A DNA stretch of 64,000 bases from the NCBI RefSeq assembly GCF_009914755.1, contig NC_060947.1; one strand, 5' to 3'. The notes under the pieces are model-generated. The model was given only the letters and a program-made list of their open reading frames with translations, searched no databases and was not told where the DNA came from. This document shows, in pieces, positions 1 to 12,999 of the stretch. The position numbers were made by a program, and so were the translations under genes. Numbering within the stretch: the stretch's first letter is position 1; each line of letters starts with the position of its first letter. This DNA is from the human T2T-CHM13v2.0 reference genome, Homo sapiens.

Positions 1-458
1 GAAAATTCCGCACCCACAGAGTATTAGCTCCCGCAAGCTCCAATTTTCATTAGCTGCCACTGTTGCATGGGATTTCTCAGGAGGTAGAGTACAAGGAATC
101 ATAGAAAAGGAGGAAGAAAAAAAATGGGAGATTCCCACACTAAGTGTTGGGAGTTCACTTTTCCATTCCTTGAGCCAGAATTACATTGCTTCTCCTATAG
201 CTCTCTCTATCTAATCCCTGGTGCCCACTCCCAAGTTGCTGGTGTACTGAGTTCAGGCCAGGGTATACCAGAGGGGAAAACATGGCATACTTGCCGCCAG
301 TTCAGTGACACTTTTGAATTCTGGTTCTTTCTCAATATGCTAACATTTGCTTCTCAGACTCCTCCATGCTCCATTCATTCTGATCAGGTTTTATAGCTAT
401 ATTGAAGGGGGAGACAGGGTAGGATGTGCTTACTCCATCTAATGCATAACTGGAACCC
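1..458 (-). mobile_element. Ancient L1 (L1ME/L1M4-type) 5' UTR fragment, cut by the window start
   Basis: Ends in CAGGTTTTATAGCT...GGGAGACAGGGTAGGATGTGCTTACTCCATCT...GGAACC, which resembles the reverse complement of old L1M 5' termini. Confidence 0.55.
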
Positions 459-504
459 CATGGTTGGTGCTATATTAAAATTATCTAATTTTGCTTTTTT
501 ATTT

Positions 505-617
505 CCTCCTGGGAGCTCCTTGAGAACAGGGGTTTTGTATATCCCTCACACCTAGAACAGAGCTTGGAATAACATTGGTAATTAGTAAATTATTCTGCAA
601 TGAGTGAATGAATGAAA
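505..617 (+). mobile_element. L2 3' end
   Basis: GAGCTCCTTGAGAACAGGG...CCTAGAACAG...AGTAAAT...TGAATGAATGAA, the typical L2 tail. Confidence 0.55.
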
Positions 618-874
618 GACTAACCAGGGAAACCTACCCATTCATAGAGTCCAAAATCACGGAAACCAATGTGGCAGCATGAGTTATAAAGCATGACTGG
701 AACAGAACTTATACCAGTGGGAAAGGGTTCCAATGTCCTCTTCACTAGAGTCACTTTCTTCCACAGAGGCCCTTTGATGGCAATGGCCCCATCTCTGCAA
801 TTTAATCCATCATTAGTTGCATAGCAGAGACTTTAGACATAGTAATAAAAGGAGAGGTATATATAAAAACTACC

Positions 875-1720
875 ATCAATCAAAACATTTTAATGAACAA
901 GCTTATGCAATGTCCTTTATGCTAGGCACAGAGGAGAACAGAAAAGGATGCTGCAACTGCCCCTATTCTCAAGGAACCCACAGTTACAATACAGTTACAA
1001 TTTATAAGACTCACTTATACAGAGTGTATTAATTCATTCTCACGCTGCTATGAAGAATACTCAAGACTGGGTAATTTATAAAGAAAAGAGGTTTAATTGA
1101 CTCGCAGTTCTGCATGGCTGGAAAGGCTTCAGGAAACTTACAATCATCGCAGAAGGCGAAGGGGAAGAAAGGCACCTTCTTCACAGGGTAGCAGGAAGGA
1201 GAAGGGCAAGCAGGGGAAATGCCAGACACTTACAAAATTATCAGATCTCCTGAGACTCACTCACTGTCATGAGAACATCATGGGGGAAATCACCCTTATG
1301 ATCCAGATACCTCCACCTGGTCCTGCCCTTGACACATGGGGATTATGGGGATTACAATTCAAGATGAGATCTGGGTGGGGACACGAGCCAAACCATATCA
1401 CTGAGCGATAGAATAAAATTCAAGACATGATATAAGGAAATATTTAATAACTGTGCAGAGTATAAATTCAAAGCAGGTGCAAAGGAGCTTCAAAGCAATT
1501 CAAAGGAGGTGCAGATCAGTGTAGGCTAGCACAGTTGTAACAGAGAAAGAGGCAGGGCTTAAGATAAGTTTCGAACTGTGGGTTTTGATGTAGTAATTGG
1601 AGGTCTTTTTGCAAAGATTAAGCAGCACAACCAAAGGTGTGAAGACAGGGAAGGACATGAAGAACAGATGGGCCTCTCTAGAGAAAAGAATACATTTGAT
1701 GAGCCAAGGAAAGCATCGTA
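875..1720 (-). mobile_element. L2 fragment split by the THE1 LTR
   Basis: Purine-rich antisense L2-like sequence on both sides of 1025-1400. Confidence 0.45.
1025..1400 (-). mobile_element. THE1D-like MaLR solo LTR
   Basis: TGTATTA...AAACCATATCA termini; GACTGGGTAATTTATAAAGAAAAGAGGTTTAATTGACTC core; 5-bp TSD CAGAG/CTGAG. Confidence 0.9.
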
Positions 1721-1799
1721 CTCTCTACTTATTGCTGTATCCTGGCCATATTATCAAATAATATTAAAATTCCAGAGATGGCAGAAATGTTCACTTACT

Positions 1800-2206
1800 C
1801 AATCCTATCCAATCCAATGCCTGAGGCCTCTATTGTTTTGTGCATCTAGTTCCCTTGCCCTTCTCCCAAAAGACACACACTCTCTCTCTCTCTCTGACCA
1901 CATTGACCCATTTAAAATTGTGCTAATCAGTGTTTCTCCCAGAACTTTTTTGGGAAGTGTCAGAAAAAAAAGTTCTCTCTCTGTTGGGGTTGTTAGGACA
2001 CCACATGGAGAGGGCCTGCATGCAGAATAAAGCAAAGGCAAACAGAGCCCCAAAAAATGGAGAGACAGAGTCTAATGATGTAAATTGATCCCCTGAATCA
2101 GCCCTTCCTGAAGTGACTTCCCTGTTATATGAGACAATCAACTGCAATTTTAAGCTATTTGAATTAGGTTTCTTTCATGTGCCACCAAAAGAGTCTTGAA
2201 TAACAT
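1800..2206 (+). mobile_element. Old MLT1 (J/K-like) MaLR LTR
   Basis: 3' end TTAAGCTATTTGAATTAGGTTTCT...CCAAAAGAGTCTTGAATAACA is typical of MLT1. Confidence 0.6.
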
Positions 2207-2289
2207 AAGCTTTCTCCACATTCTCCTCACCAACTGGTCAGTCAAATGGCTTGGAGTCCCCAAATTATAGGGTAATCATTTATTTCTGA

Positions 2290-3640
2290 GGCTGCCCATT
2301 ATATCATTAACAGCCCCTATAGAATGATTTTTTGTAATTGAGTTAAAATGTATGTCCATGTCACTTGGTTTTCTTGGTTGTAGTTCTCATCTCTGGAGCC
2401 AGAAAGGATAAGGGTAATCTCTCTGGCACACTCATTTGAGAGCAGCTTTTATTTCTTCCCTGAGATTAAGCATTTAACGTTTCTCACATGGCATGGTTTG
2501 CATGATTTTAAGTCCCCTCACCATTCTTGTCACTCTGCTCTAAATGGGCTCCAGTTTGTAAAAGGTGTTGTGTAAGATTAATTGAAATATTCCAGGGATA
2601 GTTCCATCAATAAACATTACAATGGGATTATCAATTTCCTCAGATTCTATCATCACAGTGGTTCTCAATCTTGGTTTCTTATTGGACACCTGAAGACCTT
2701 TAAAAATACTGATTCCTGGGCCTCAGCCTGAGAGTTTCAGGGTTGAAGCTTGGGAAACCAAGTGTGTGAACCACTATATTAATGTATCTTAAAATTGCAT
2801 AGCCTTATCTCATAGCTAACTTACATTTGAGCTCATTGTGCACTGAAACCCTTAAACCTTTATTACACAAGCCCTGCTTATCCATACTCTGTATTTTGTT
2901 AATGTTTCTTGATTATTTCCACCCCCGATAGTATTTTATTCCTACTTCTATTAAATTTTATCTTGCAGATTCAGCCCATTCACCAAACATGTCAAAATCT
3001 ATAGAATCTTAATTCTGGTTTCTATTCTGTTTACTATCCCTCTATAAATCTGATGAGCCTGTTTTTTAAATAACTTCAACCAAGTGATTAATAAAAATGT
3101 CTTACAGGACAGGCTTGAAGATAGAACCCAGTGAGTTATGAGTAGAAACTGTCATAGTAACACTGTCCAGATTTGTTCCCATACCTTTTGGGTGTGTTAC
3201 TTCAACAAACTACTGCTTGACATAATTGTATAAGTGAGGCCACAGATCTTCATACATTCCACAAAGATGTCATAAAAAATCTTGTGAAATGATAGAATAG
3301 CAGTGACATACATAGTATATGCTACATTCCCCAGGGCTATCACTCAGCTAACCCTATTAAATAAGTGAATGATGTTTGTATTACATGACTTCTTCTCAGT
3401 AAACCCATGTAAACTCCCACTTATTGCTAGTAACTCTTCTTTGGATTATAAGCCATCATTTAATAGCAATTTCTAGAATCATTGTCTAAGACTGACATCA
3501 AGCTTGCCAGTCTATGGTTCATGCAAACCATCATTACTTCCTTTCTAAAACCTGGAATATCAGTCCACTATTTCATGTCTTCCTGTAAATGGGTAAAATT
3601 CAGTGTCCAACTTCTTTGACTTTTTGAATCTGCAGAAGAA
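2290..3640 (-). mobile_element. L3/CR1 LINE RT-region fossil, interrupted by MER5A
   Basis: Reverse translation of about 3077-3133 gives LGSIFKPVL*DIFINHLV, matching the CR1 motif QGSVLGPVLFNIFINDLD. Confidence 0.65.
2656..2776. mobile_element. MER5A-like hAT-Charlie MITE
   Basis: CAGTGGTTCTCAA...GAACCACTA inverted termini; TTTAAAAATACTGATTCCTGGGCC core. Confidence 0.65.
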
Positions 3641-4352
3641 TCTAGAAATTAATGTTTATGATGGTATCTGACATGTGAGTTTCGCATGTAAGATAGGTAT
3701 GTCCTATTGAGAACTGAGATACCGGAATAACTAGCCTCTCCTTCCACTCCCACTTTCTTCCACAAAATTGAGCACTATAGCCATTAGCAATCATCAAAAT
3801 ATCTCACTGGGGAAGCAAAAAAAGGCTCTCTTCCCCCACATGGGCTCAAATGTCTTTTCCTTCTTTGTTCAATATATTCTCTATCATTGTGCTTCTCTAG
3901 TAGGTGTTGCCAAAGTGGGAGTAGGAGGAGGGAATCCATGTCATCAACTTTTATCTGTGGCCCTACTGTAACTTTGAGTGTTTTGCTGCTTTACTATTCT
4001 CTTTGAGCTGGAGCAAAGAGAGAGCCTACATTATTATTTAGTAGGAGTTGCAATTGAAGAGTCTGGGCAGCACGCAGCATAAGGAGCAGCAGAATATTCT
4101 TTTGTTCTTACACAGCTGCTTGCTTTTTACCTCTATATTTTATATGTTTAGATTTTGCCTGTGAAATGCTTTCATATCTCTATCCCTCCCTCTCTCATAT
4201 TCTCTCTCTCTTTCTTTTCCTCCACCTTCTGTTTCCCAAATATATTGCTGTATTATATTCTTAGAGTGGAGCTGGGCCTTTTAAATTGATCTTAGTCCAT
4301 TATTTTTGTCAGCTGCATCCCAATTAGGTGACATTTCTTGAGAATACTTGGA

Positions 4353-4430
4353 AAAGGAAGTTGAGATGAGGAGAGGTAAAGGGAAGTTGAGATGAGGAGA
4401 GGTAAAGGGGAGTTGAGATGAGGAGAGGTA
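4353..4430 (+). repeat. 26-bp tandem repeat, 3 copies (GGRAGTTGAGATGAGGAGAGGTAAAG)
   Basis: AGTTGAGATGAGGAGAGGTA starts at 4359, 4385 and 4411. Confidence 0.95.
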
Positions 4431-4709
4431 CTCTCATGAGTATGGCTGGTCTTAACAGAATTGGTTGATAAGTGAAGTCTATCTCAGGTGCCACTGCCCC
4501 TCAGCTCCTACTCTCAGGCATCTGCTCCTTACATACAACAGCTCCCCTTCATCCCTGGACCTGCTCTTGCATATCTATTGCTGACCTGCTCTGTGTTCAG
4601 GACTTCAGCCTGCTGTGATACCTATTCTACAGCTTGGCCCTCAGATTACAAGTCAAAGGGCCTATCAGCTGAGCTATCCAGGTTCACTCTACAGCTCTTA
4701 GGAAGGAGG

Positions 4710-4900
4710 CTCTGGTGTAGGAGCATAATCACTGGCCTTGGTCAACTCAGCTCCATCACTGATTTTCTGTATCTGTTGGTCCAGCTATTCAGCTTTTCTG
4801 AGCCAACTGGAGATAATAACAGTAACCACAACAACAATAATAGCAATACAAATGCTAACTCCATGAGATTGTTATGATGATTTAAGATATGTGAGAGATT
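4710..4900 (+). mobile_element. MIR (degenerate)
   Basis: CAGCTCCATCACTG...TTTTCTGAGCC...GAGATTGTTATGATGATTTAA, MIR-core-like. Confidence 0.45.
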
Positions 4901-6699
4901 TCCAAAAACTTTCATCAACGAACTAAGAAGAGTGGGCTACAGAATTTCAAGGCCTTCATATTTGCTGTGTATGCATAGAATATATTATCAGTAATAATAA
5001 TGATAGCTAAAATGTTCGAGGGATAACTCAACAGTAGGAGTGCCAGCCACTGTCCTAAGCACTACACACACACACACATCATGTGTGTACATGTATACCC
5101 ACATACATATATACATACATATAAAACAGGGGGCTTCTGGAAACCATACCTTCTGCCCATGCTGTATTAACCTATACAAGACAGACAGTGTGGTACACTA
5201 GAAAGAACACAAAGCAGGGCATCAGGATCTCTGGGCTATAGCCCTCATTAAGCCATGAACTCACTCTACAACCTTGGGCAAGTCACCCCCACTGGTAGTG
5301 AACTAGAAGATACCTACAAACACTTGCTCTTATATGCTGAGACTAATACTAGGAAAAGACACAGCACCAACGACAAGGCAGGAAGAGTTCTTGTCTCAAT
5401 GCCTCACTGTAAATACTAGTTGAAAAGAATTGGTTCCCACGCCAATTACCAAGACTGGCCCACCCTTTGTGATCAGGCAGTATGCTGGTTTCTGTACTGA
5501 TAAGAATGGAGGGAACGATGAAAATGAGCACCAGCTACTTTGTGACCACTGGATTCTGTTGCCTTCAAAGGAATGGCCAGAGATGCCCTTGTCCTTGATA
5601 CTAACAGGATTACTCTTGCTGATTTTATCCAGATTGAGACACATCTCAATACCCATCCCATTAAATACTCTTTAAAAGGTTTCAAATACCAACCTCCAGC
5701 CCCAGAACCCAAGCAGGATAGGCCCCATCACTAAGACCTGAGACAAATTCTACTTCTGCCACTCAACTGCTACAAAAGGCTACCAAGGCAAGGCCAAACT
5801 TCACTGTAGCCCTAAGAAGACGTTCCATTTTTTTCTAAGGAGGCTCCAAAAGATAGATATTTTCCAAGTGACTTATCCAGGTGGTGTGAGAAGAGAGTCC
5901 ACCTACTCAAATTGCTCTCTTCTATAAGCCTGCATCTTTATGCATGAAATCCCTCTGAATATCATTCCTATAAGGGAAGGCTTCTGTTAATATGCATATG
6001 ATATGTGGGAAAAGCTACTACATTAGACCATTAACACCTTATAGACATCAGTCTATATTTTACTTTATCAGGTGAGTTTGACAGACAACAGGTCCCAAAA
6101 GGAATGGAACACAGGGCAAGGAAGTTTTGACAGTAATGATTGCAAAGAGGGTAAGGAGATTTCCAGAGAAGGCAGACTCTCCTTGAATTGCAGTCCTGGC
6201 CTGGGAAGCACCAGGATATGTGGAGTGTGGGAAAAGGGAGCAGCCTAGAGGAAATGTATGTTTTTCTAATCACAAATACCTAAAATCTCATTTTCTCCTT
6301 ATAAATCCCAGGTCTGATAAGTAGGAAGATAGAGATCATTGCCAGTTTTCAAATGGATAAAGCAAGGCCAAGAAAGATGAAATTCTTTACCCAAAGTCAG
6401 TGACTTTATCATGAGACCTTGTGTGTTGCAATTGGAAGTAGTGGAGGACAACACAAATCCAAGTCACTCTCGTACTCTGAACCTCAGTTTCACTACATGA
6501 AAAACAAGACGTATGGACTAACCAACCCTAGATCCCTTCTAGTTCTAAACTCCTGTAACTAAGTTCTGAAGAACCTGCTAATGTCCTGTAAAAACAAACA
6601 GAAGAGATTTTTTGCTCCAATGGTACTTCTGCTTTGAGACAGATGACTTTTTAGCCAATATGTATTGAGTGTTTTCTATGGGTCAGACACTATGGCAGG

Positions 6700-6880
6700 T
6701 GCTACACAAGTTCCTTCACATGTATCATCTCATTTAATCCCCCCAAAAAACTATTATTCCCATAAGGAAACTGAGACTTGGAGAGATGAAATGAGTTTTC
6801 TAAGATCACACAGATAATAAATGATAGGGCCAAAACACAAAGCCAGGGCTGTCTGGTTCCACATCCTGACTCCAACCACT
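6700..6880 (-). mobile_element. MIR
   Basis: ATCTCATTTAATCC...AGGAAACTGAGACTTGGAGAG...AAGATCACACAG, antisense MIR core. Confidence 0.75.
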
Positions 6881-7382
6881 GTTCATCAAAATGATGGTAG
6901 AGCATATATTACCATACTCCTAGAATGACCAAAAACAAGCAATATGCAAATAGTGACTGTGTGATGTCATGAAAAGTACAAATGTTGGATTCAGAAAAAT
7001 GTAGGTGTATCTTCTGAATGTGTTGATCATTAACTCTAAGTTTCCTGATCTGTAAAATGGGTATAAAAGGACTGATGTGAGGACTAAATAAGAATAAATG
7101 ATATAAAGAATGTAAAGTACCTGACACTTGGTAAATATTCAATAACAAAAGAGTTCCCTTCCACTGTAAAGCCCTACCAATTAAGCCCGTGAACCAAAGG
7201 GTAAATGCAATCATAATTATAGTAGTTATAACCAGGGTCCACAGGTTGGCTGATTCTAAAAAGACCATCAAGAGTGAGGTAGAAGAACTTCTTTATTTTT
7301 GCAAAACAACGTTAGGGCCTTTGCCACTGGAAGAAAGCAGCTAGGCTACATAGTTTTTTTTGTTTTTTGTTTTTTTCTTTAG

Positions 7383-7564
7383 TTGATCGGTCACATACAC
7401 ACTGTGCGTTTGAACAACTAGTGGGAACAAACACAAGAAGCCAAAAGCAATGTAGAGACAAGGGCAGCATCCCTGCTACTGTTGTGGCTCTTCAAAGCTG
7501 GCTTGCTTTGACACCTGCATTCCTGTTGTCAAGGAAACAGAATTCTCTGGATCCTAGGCATATG
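7383..7564 (+). other. Candidate spliced exon (182 nt) of an unknown transcript
   Basis: Long poly-T tract plus CTTTAG acceptor ending at 7382; ATG|GTGAGT donor at 7564/7565; non-repeat sequence; one frame open. Confidence 0.3.
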
Positions 7565-8459
7565 GTGAGTGTGGTTAGGATCCTCCTACTCAGGTAGTAG
7601 AAGAAGGGTGCAGATGGAGAGTGAGACTGCCTAGCCCAGGCTGTGTCAGAGCCAGAGGTGGTGAGATGGAACTGCCAAGCTCCAGCTCACTGAAAACTCC
7701 CTCTCCTAAGGAAGACAAAGAAGAGAGCATGTTGCAATTGCAACATGAGTGACTGTTCATGGTGACTGCTTTGAGCTAATAGCTGAACATACCCAAGGTA
7801 GATAACAAAAATCATAAGATCTCCTTAATATTGAGCTCCTGGAACTTACAACAATGCCATGAGGGAGGCTAGACAGAGATTATCATCCATTTCACATTTA
7901 AGGAATCTAAGACTCAAGATGGTATGTAGCTTACCCTCAGTCCTGCAAACATTAAAGCATAGAAGTAATATTCAAGCCTAAGTCTGTCCAAATCCTACAC
8001 TTCATTACACCACTTGGGAAGAAACAGAGTCATGAGAAGTACACCAGTGCACAGACCTGTGATCTGCAGTTTCTTATCAGCATAAACCATGCAGAGAGAC
8101 CTATGGGGATGCTGATGCTGCATTTATAAAGGGGACTAAGGGAAATAAGCCCAGTTTAAGGAAGTATAAACTGTGGTTTCTCACTCATTAAGTCATTACT
8201 TATATTCTGAAGCCCCAAATAAACTTGGTGGAATTTGGAAGAACCACCAGAGATGGAGTTAAAGGGAGGGGGAAGGGAAGGGGGAGCTCATTCCTTAGTA
8301 AGAACTCTCTTTTAGGTGAAAATAGAATAAGAAGTCAACAGAGAAGAGATCAGAAATGTGTCTATTCCTAGGTATTGAGATTTAAGTCAAAATCCTGTGT
8401 TCATTTAAATTTCATATGGAAACATGAGAAGTCCTCGATTAAATACTTACATGGTCATA

Positions 8460-8905
8460 ATTAGTCTATCAGTTGCCACAATAATTCTGCATAGCAAACC
8501 ACCTCTAAACTCAGAAGCTTGAAACATCACTTTTTTTTTTTTTACTCACATGTCACTCATCTAGGTTGGCTGCAGCTGGGCTTGGCTGCAAGCTGTTGGT
8601 TGGATCCAGATATGTCACACATTTCTTTTACTCTCTTTGAAATGGCAGGATCCTTGGGCACGTTTTTCTCACGGTGATGGACGAAGGACAAGAGGGCAGG
8701 CAAGGCCAACCACAAAAGCATATTCCAAGCCTCTGCTTTTGCCAGTTCCACCTAGTCACACGGTTAAGCCCAGAGTGGGGGACCACACTCCAGCCACCAC
8801 TAGGTCAAAGCAAATCACATTGCCAACTCCATCATCAATGGGGTAGGAAAGTATACTCCTCCCACAGAGGTTGAGGGGAAGGGTCAAGGGAATGAATAAT
8901 AATGT
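8460..8905 (-). mobile_element. MLT1 (H/I-like) MaLR LTR
   Basis: TTGCCACAATAATTCTGCATAGCAAACCAC...AAACTCAG...GGCTGCAGCTGGGCTTGGCT...GGAAAGTATACTCC. Confidence 0.7.
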
Positions 8906-9314
8906 ACCAGTCAGTAAAAAAAAAAAAAATGTGTGTTTGGGGCAGCATGTATTTAAATTAAGAAGGCAGCATAATATGGTGGTAAAAAAGCTTAGGCTAT
9001 GACATTAGTCATATCTGAGTTCAAATCCCAGTATTTCCAGTTAGTGTACTGGCTTTATATGCCCAATCACCATCTTTTATGTGCCAAACTTGGGAATTAT
9101 GTGTGAGGATATACTCAAAATTAAGCAGAATGTTTGCCGAACTTAAGGCATCACCCCCCAAAAATCTTAAACTTGCTGTAGCCAAGAAGAAACAACATTT
9201 TTATGTACTGAAGAGTTCCAGTTAATTAAGTTTTTACTTTTTTCTTTCTTCCAAAACAAAAATGAATCATTTCCTATGACAACTAAAATTACTCTAAAGA
9301 GCAGAATTTAGTTT

Positions 9315-11280
9315 TGGACCCAGGTAATTTGGAATAAGCACATGCTAGACTTTTTTCTCTCACTGAAATTAATCATAAAACCTGGACAGAATGCATGAAA
9401 CATCTACTTAAGGACTCTGAAAAGTAAATAACTGCAGGGAACACAAGGAAGAACACTAGAATTTAATATACCACCAACCCTGTGGTGAGTTTACCACATT
9501 CCCCCTCCTGTACCCACTGGTCAGAAATCAAGCCAGCCAGAAACCCAAAAGTGAGTATTGTGGTACAGATAGAGAAAGCCCCAGAAGCAGCTCTCTAATA
9601 CTGGCTCAAGAACAGGAAACTCCTAACACTCATAAGGTGGAAGAAAACTAGCCTTCTTTCTTATTTTTATTGTGTCCCATCCTCTAGGCAATCCTGCAGC
9701 TGTAGCAATGACAGTGGCAGCAGCAGGTACTGGAAAACTGCTGGGGCCAAACTCTAAAAGAGGGGAACCTTTCTCTCCATTTGGTTAAGCTGCAGCTCCA
9801 AGAGAGTAGGGCCAAGTCCCATTACTTTGTATTCTCTCTCTGCCTTCTTGCTGCTTGGCTCTAGCAATAGTACAATCATGAAAGTAGATATTTTCTGGCC
9901 AGAAGACAAAAAAAAGAGAGCCCCAGGAAACCATAAAGTACTGAGGAGATTGAAGAGAAGGAGGAGCTCAGGAAAGCAACCCTAAAAAGTTGCTTATGAA
10001 CACCCAGGTTCACCCCCAGACTGTGCATGTGTGGCTCTGATCCAAATGAGCATACCAATGACTTTGAGAACTAAACTAACAGATATACCACTACCCAGAT
10101 GCCAGTCTGGCCAGTGGGTAGCACACATGCAGGACAGATTCAAATAGCATGGCAAAAGTTTTGAAATTAAACTGACATAGAAATCTCAGCATACAGATGT
10201 GTTGGAACTTGAACTTTGGTTTGAACTGAACCACATTAATTGCCTGATAAAACAAAAATATTAGCATGCTTCATAGGATTTAAATAAGACCCAGAGTCTC
10301 ATAAGGTAATATTCAAAATGTCCATGATACAATTCAAAATTACTAGGCATATGAAGGACCACATGAATCTTGACCCATAGGAAAAGACAATCAAGAGGTC
10401 AGTAATGAGATGAAGACACAGGTTTTGAAATTATTTGATACAGATTTTGAAGAAGCTATTATAAGCTCAAATGAACCATTATGAATACTTGAAACAAACA
10501 AAAAATACAAAGATACCTGCAAAGAAATAAAATATATTTTAAAAAGGACCAAATGGAAACTTTAGAACTAAAAATACGATAACAAATAAAACTTCACTAA
10601 ACTCAAAAACAGAATGAAGAAAAAAGACGAAAGATTCTGTGAACTTGAAGATAGTTCTAAAGAAATACCTACTATGAAATGCAGAGACTAAAGAAAGGCT
10701 TATTAAATTGAATAGAGTTTCAGAGACCTGTGGGATAGCAACGAAAGATTTAACAAGAAAAATAGTGGAGTGATAAAAAAATATTTTTGAAGAAATAATG
10801 GGTGAAAACTTCTCAAGTTTGGCAAAAGACATAAACCTATAAATTCAAGAAGGAGGAAGAGCCAGTTTGGATAAATCCAATGAAATGCATGTCTAGAGAC
10901 AACATATTCAACTTCTAAAAACTAGACATGAAAAAAAAAATCTTGAAAACAAAAACTGCATTACCTATAGGGGAACAGTGTTATGAAGAACTGTAGATTT
11001 CTCATTAGAAACGATGGAGACTAGAAGCAAGTGGCATGGCACTTTTAAATTGCTGAAAGAAAATAATTGTCATCCCAGATTCTGTGTCCAGTGAAAATAT
11101 CCTTCAGGAATGAAGGTAAAGTTTTAAAAGGAATCTCAAAGGAAAATACATTCATAAACATCTGACCTGCTCTTAATTGTTAAAGGAATTTCTTCAGAAA
11201 AAAAGGTAAATAATACCAAAAAGAAACTTGGTACCTCAGGAATAAAGGAAAAGCCAAGTAATTGTAAATATCTAGATAAC
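9315..11280 (+). mobile_element. Old L1 (L1MC/L1MD-type) 5' UTR plus decayed ORF1; no ORF2 follows
   Basis: 5'UTR-like CCTGGACAGAATGCATGAAAC...AGGACTCTGAAAAGTAAA; ORF1-like TTTGAAGAAATAATGGGTGAAAACTTC and GATTTCTCATTAGAAACGATGGAG. Confidence 0.75.
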
Positions 11281-11284
11281 TATA

Positions 11285-11645
11285 ATAGAAAGGAGCAGAA
11301 GAAATAGTTGACATAATAGTGGCTGAGACTTCCAAAATTAATGGCAGACACCAAACCACAGATCCAAGAAATTCAGAAAATATCAAGCAGGATAAATATA
11401 AAATTTACAAGTTAGCATATCATATTCAAACTGAAGAAAACCAAAGACAAGGGAAATTTTTTGAAAGAAATCAGAGGAGAAAATTCAACTTACCTATGTA
11501 TGGAGGAACAAAGATAGGAATTACATTGGACTTCTCATCAGAAACCATGCAAGCAAGAAAAGCACGGAGTGAAATATTTAAAGTGTTAAAAGAAAAACAA
11601 AACACCATCTAGAATTCTGTATTCAACAAAATTGTCCTTCAAAAA
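11285..11645 (+). mobile_element. Second L1 ORF1 C-terminal fragment
   Basis: ORF 11319-11612 contains LDFSSETMQARKARSEIFKVLKEK, homologous to the L1 ORF1p C-terminal domain. Confidence 0.75.
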
Positions 11646-12597
11646 ACTCTCGGACATCTCAGCCCAAGTCCTCTGACTGGGCAAATGTGTGCTCTGGGAT
11701 ATAAAGACTGTGAGTAAAAGGCAAATGTGCTGACTAAACTTTGCAACACCCCAGGACCCAAATGGCCACGCTATGACACTTCCCTAAGGAAGCATAATGC
11801 AGGAAGGAGGAACTGATGCCCCTTCTGACCTTGCAGTTGACTACCAAGGTCTCATTGCTCCATAAGGATTGACAGCATCAATATCCAGGACAATCAGCAG
11901 GGCACAGCAGGCTGGCAAGGCAGCAGCACAGAGAGTCTGGGGCATAGTAGCAGTAGCAGTGATGGTGGTCGGGCTAATTCATAGCTCATATAAGATAACC
12001 CCTAGAGACTCCCATAAATACTTTGGCAGGGTCTTTTTGAGAAAGACATGCTTAAAATCACTGCGTGAGCAGATAGGGCCAGAGCCAGGGCCAGCTAGTT
12101 ACAGCCATAAATCAGACAGGCTAGCACAATGAAACATGATACAAAAATAACCTTCACACTACAGTGACTATACTACCATTATTTACTCCCTGACAATAGC
12201 AGTTGTTCTCTTGGTACTATTAACTGACTTGCTAGCATTAAAAACCTAATAATTAAAATGACAAACTCAGACAAGTCAATTAAAGTCTTTGGCTAATCAA
12301 TTTCCTTCTCAATGCATGTCACTGCACTTCTAGAAAATCTGCTTCCACTTGGGCATATTTAGTGAACATGTTCTTTATCAATTCCAGGACAGAAATGACA
12401 CATTGCAATAGGGGTCCTAAAACCACACACAAACCCAAGGAAAAGGAACATAAAAAATGGGATAAATACAGAACCCAACTAGATGTCATAGGAGATGTCA
12501 GTCATCTCATTGGCTGGGTTCTTAGAGACAGAAAAACACTCCTCAAAATGCTTTTGATGTAATTAGATCAATGCCATTTTTTCTAAAGAGCCATATA

Positions 12598-12935
12598 CAG
12601 TCAGCCTTCCACATCTATGGTTCCACATCCCTGGATTCAACCAACTACAGGTAGAAAATATTCAAGAAAAAGAATTGCATCTGTACTAAACATGTACAGA
12701 CTTTTCTTTCTTGTCATTATTTCCCAGACAATATATTACAACAACTATTTGCATAACATTTATATTCTATTAGGTAATATAAGTGATCTAGAGATGACTT
12801 AAAGCATATGGGAGGATGTGCACAGGTTATATGCAAATACTATGTCATTTTATGTCAAAGACTTAAGCATCCACAGATTTTGGTCTTCACAGGAGGTCAT
12901 AGAACCAATCCCCCAAGGATATCAAGAGACAACTG
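12598..12935. mobile_element. Tigger3a (TcMar-Tigger) non-autonomous DNA transposon
   Basis: TA|CAGTCAGCC...GACAACTG termini; GCATCTGTACTAAACATGTACAGACTTTT internal sequence. Confidence 0.85.
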
Positions 12936-12999
12936 CATTCCATTTTGAGCCATACTTCAGGAATACCAGAGTCCAGATCAGCATACAGGAGCTAAAAGG

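Noticed and set aside
4353-4430. Direct repeats as a CRISPR-like array
   Set aside because: Head-to-tail units with no spacers, in human DNA with no cas genes
5470-5500. IRQYAGF in ORF 5430-5675 matches a methylmalonyl-CoA mutase motif (WTIRQYAGFST)
   Set aside because: Only about 7 residues match and the flanks show no similarity; consistent with chance
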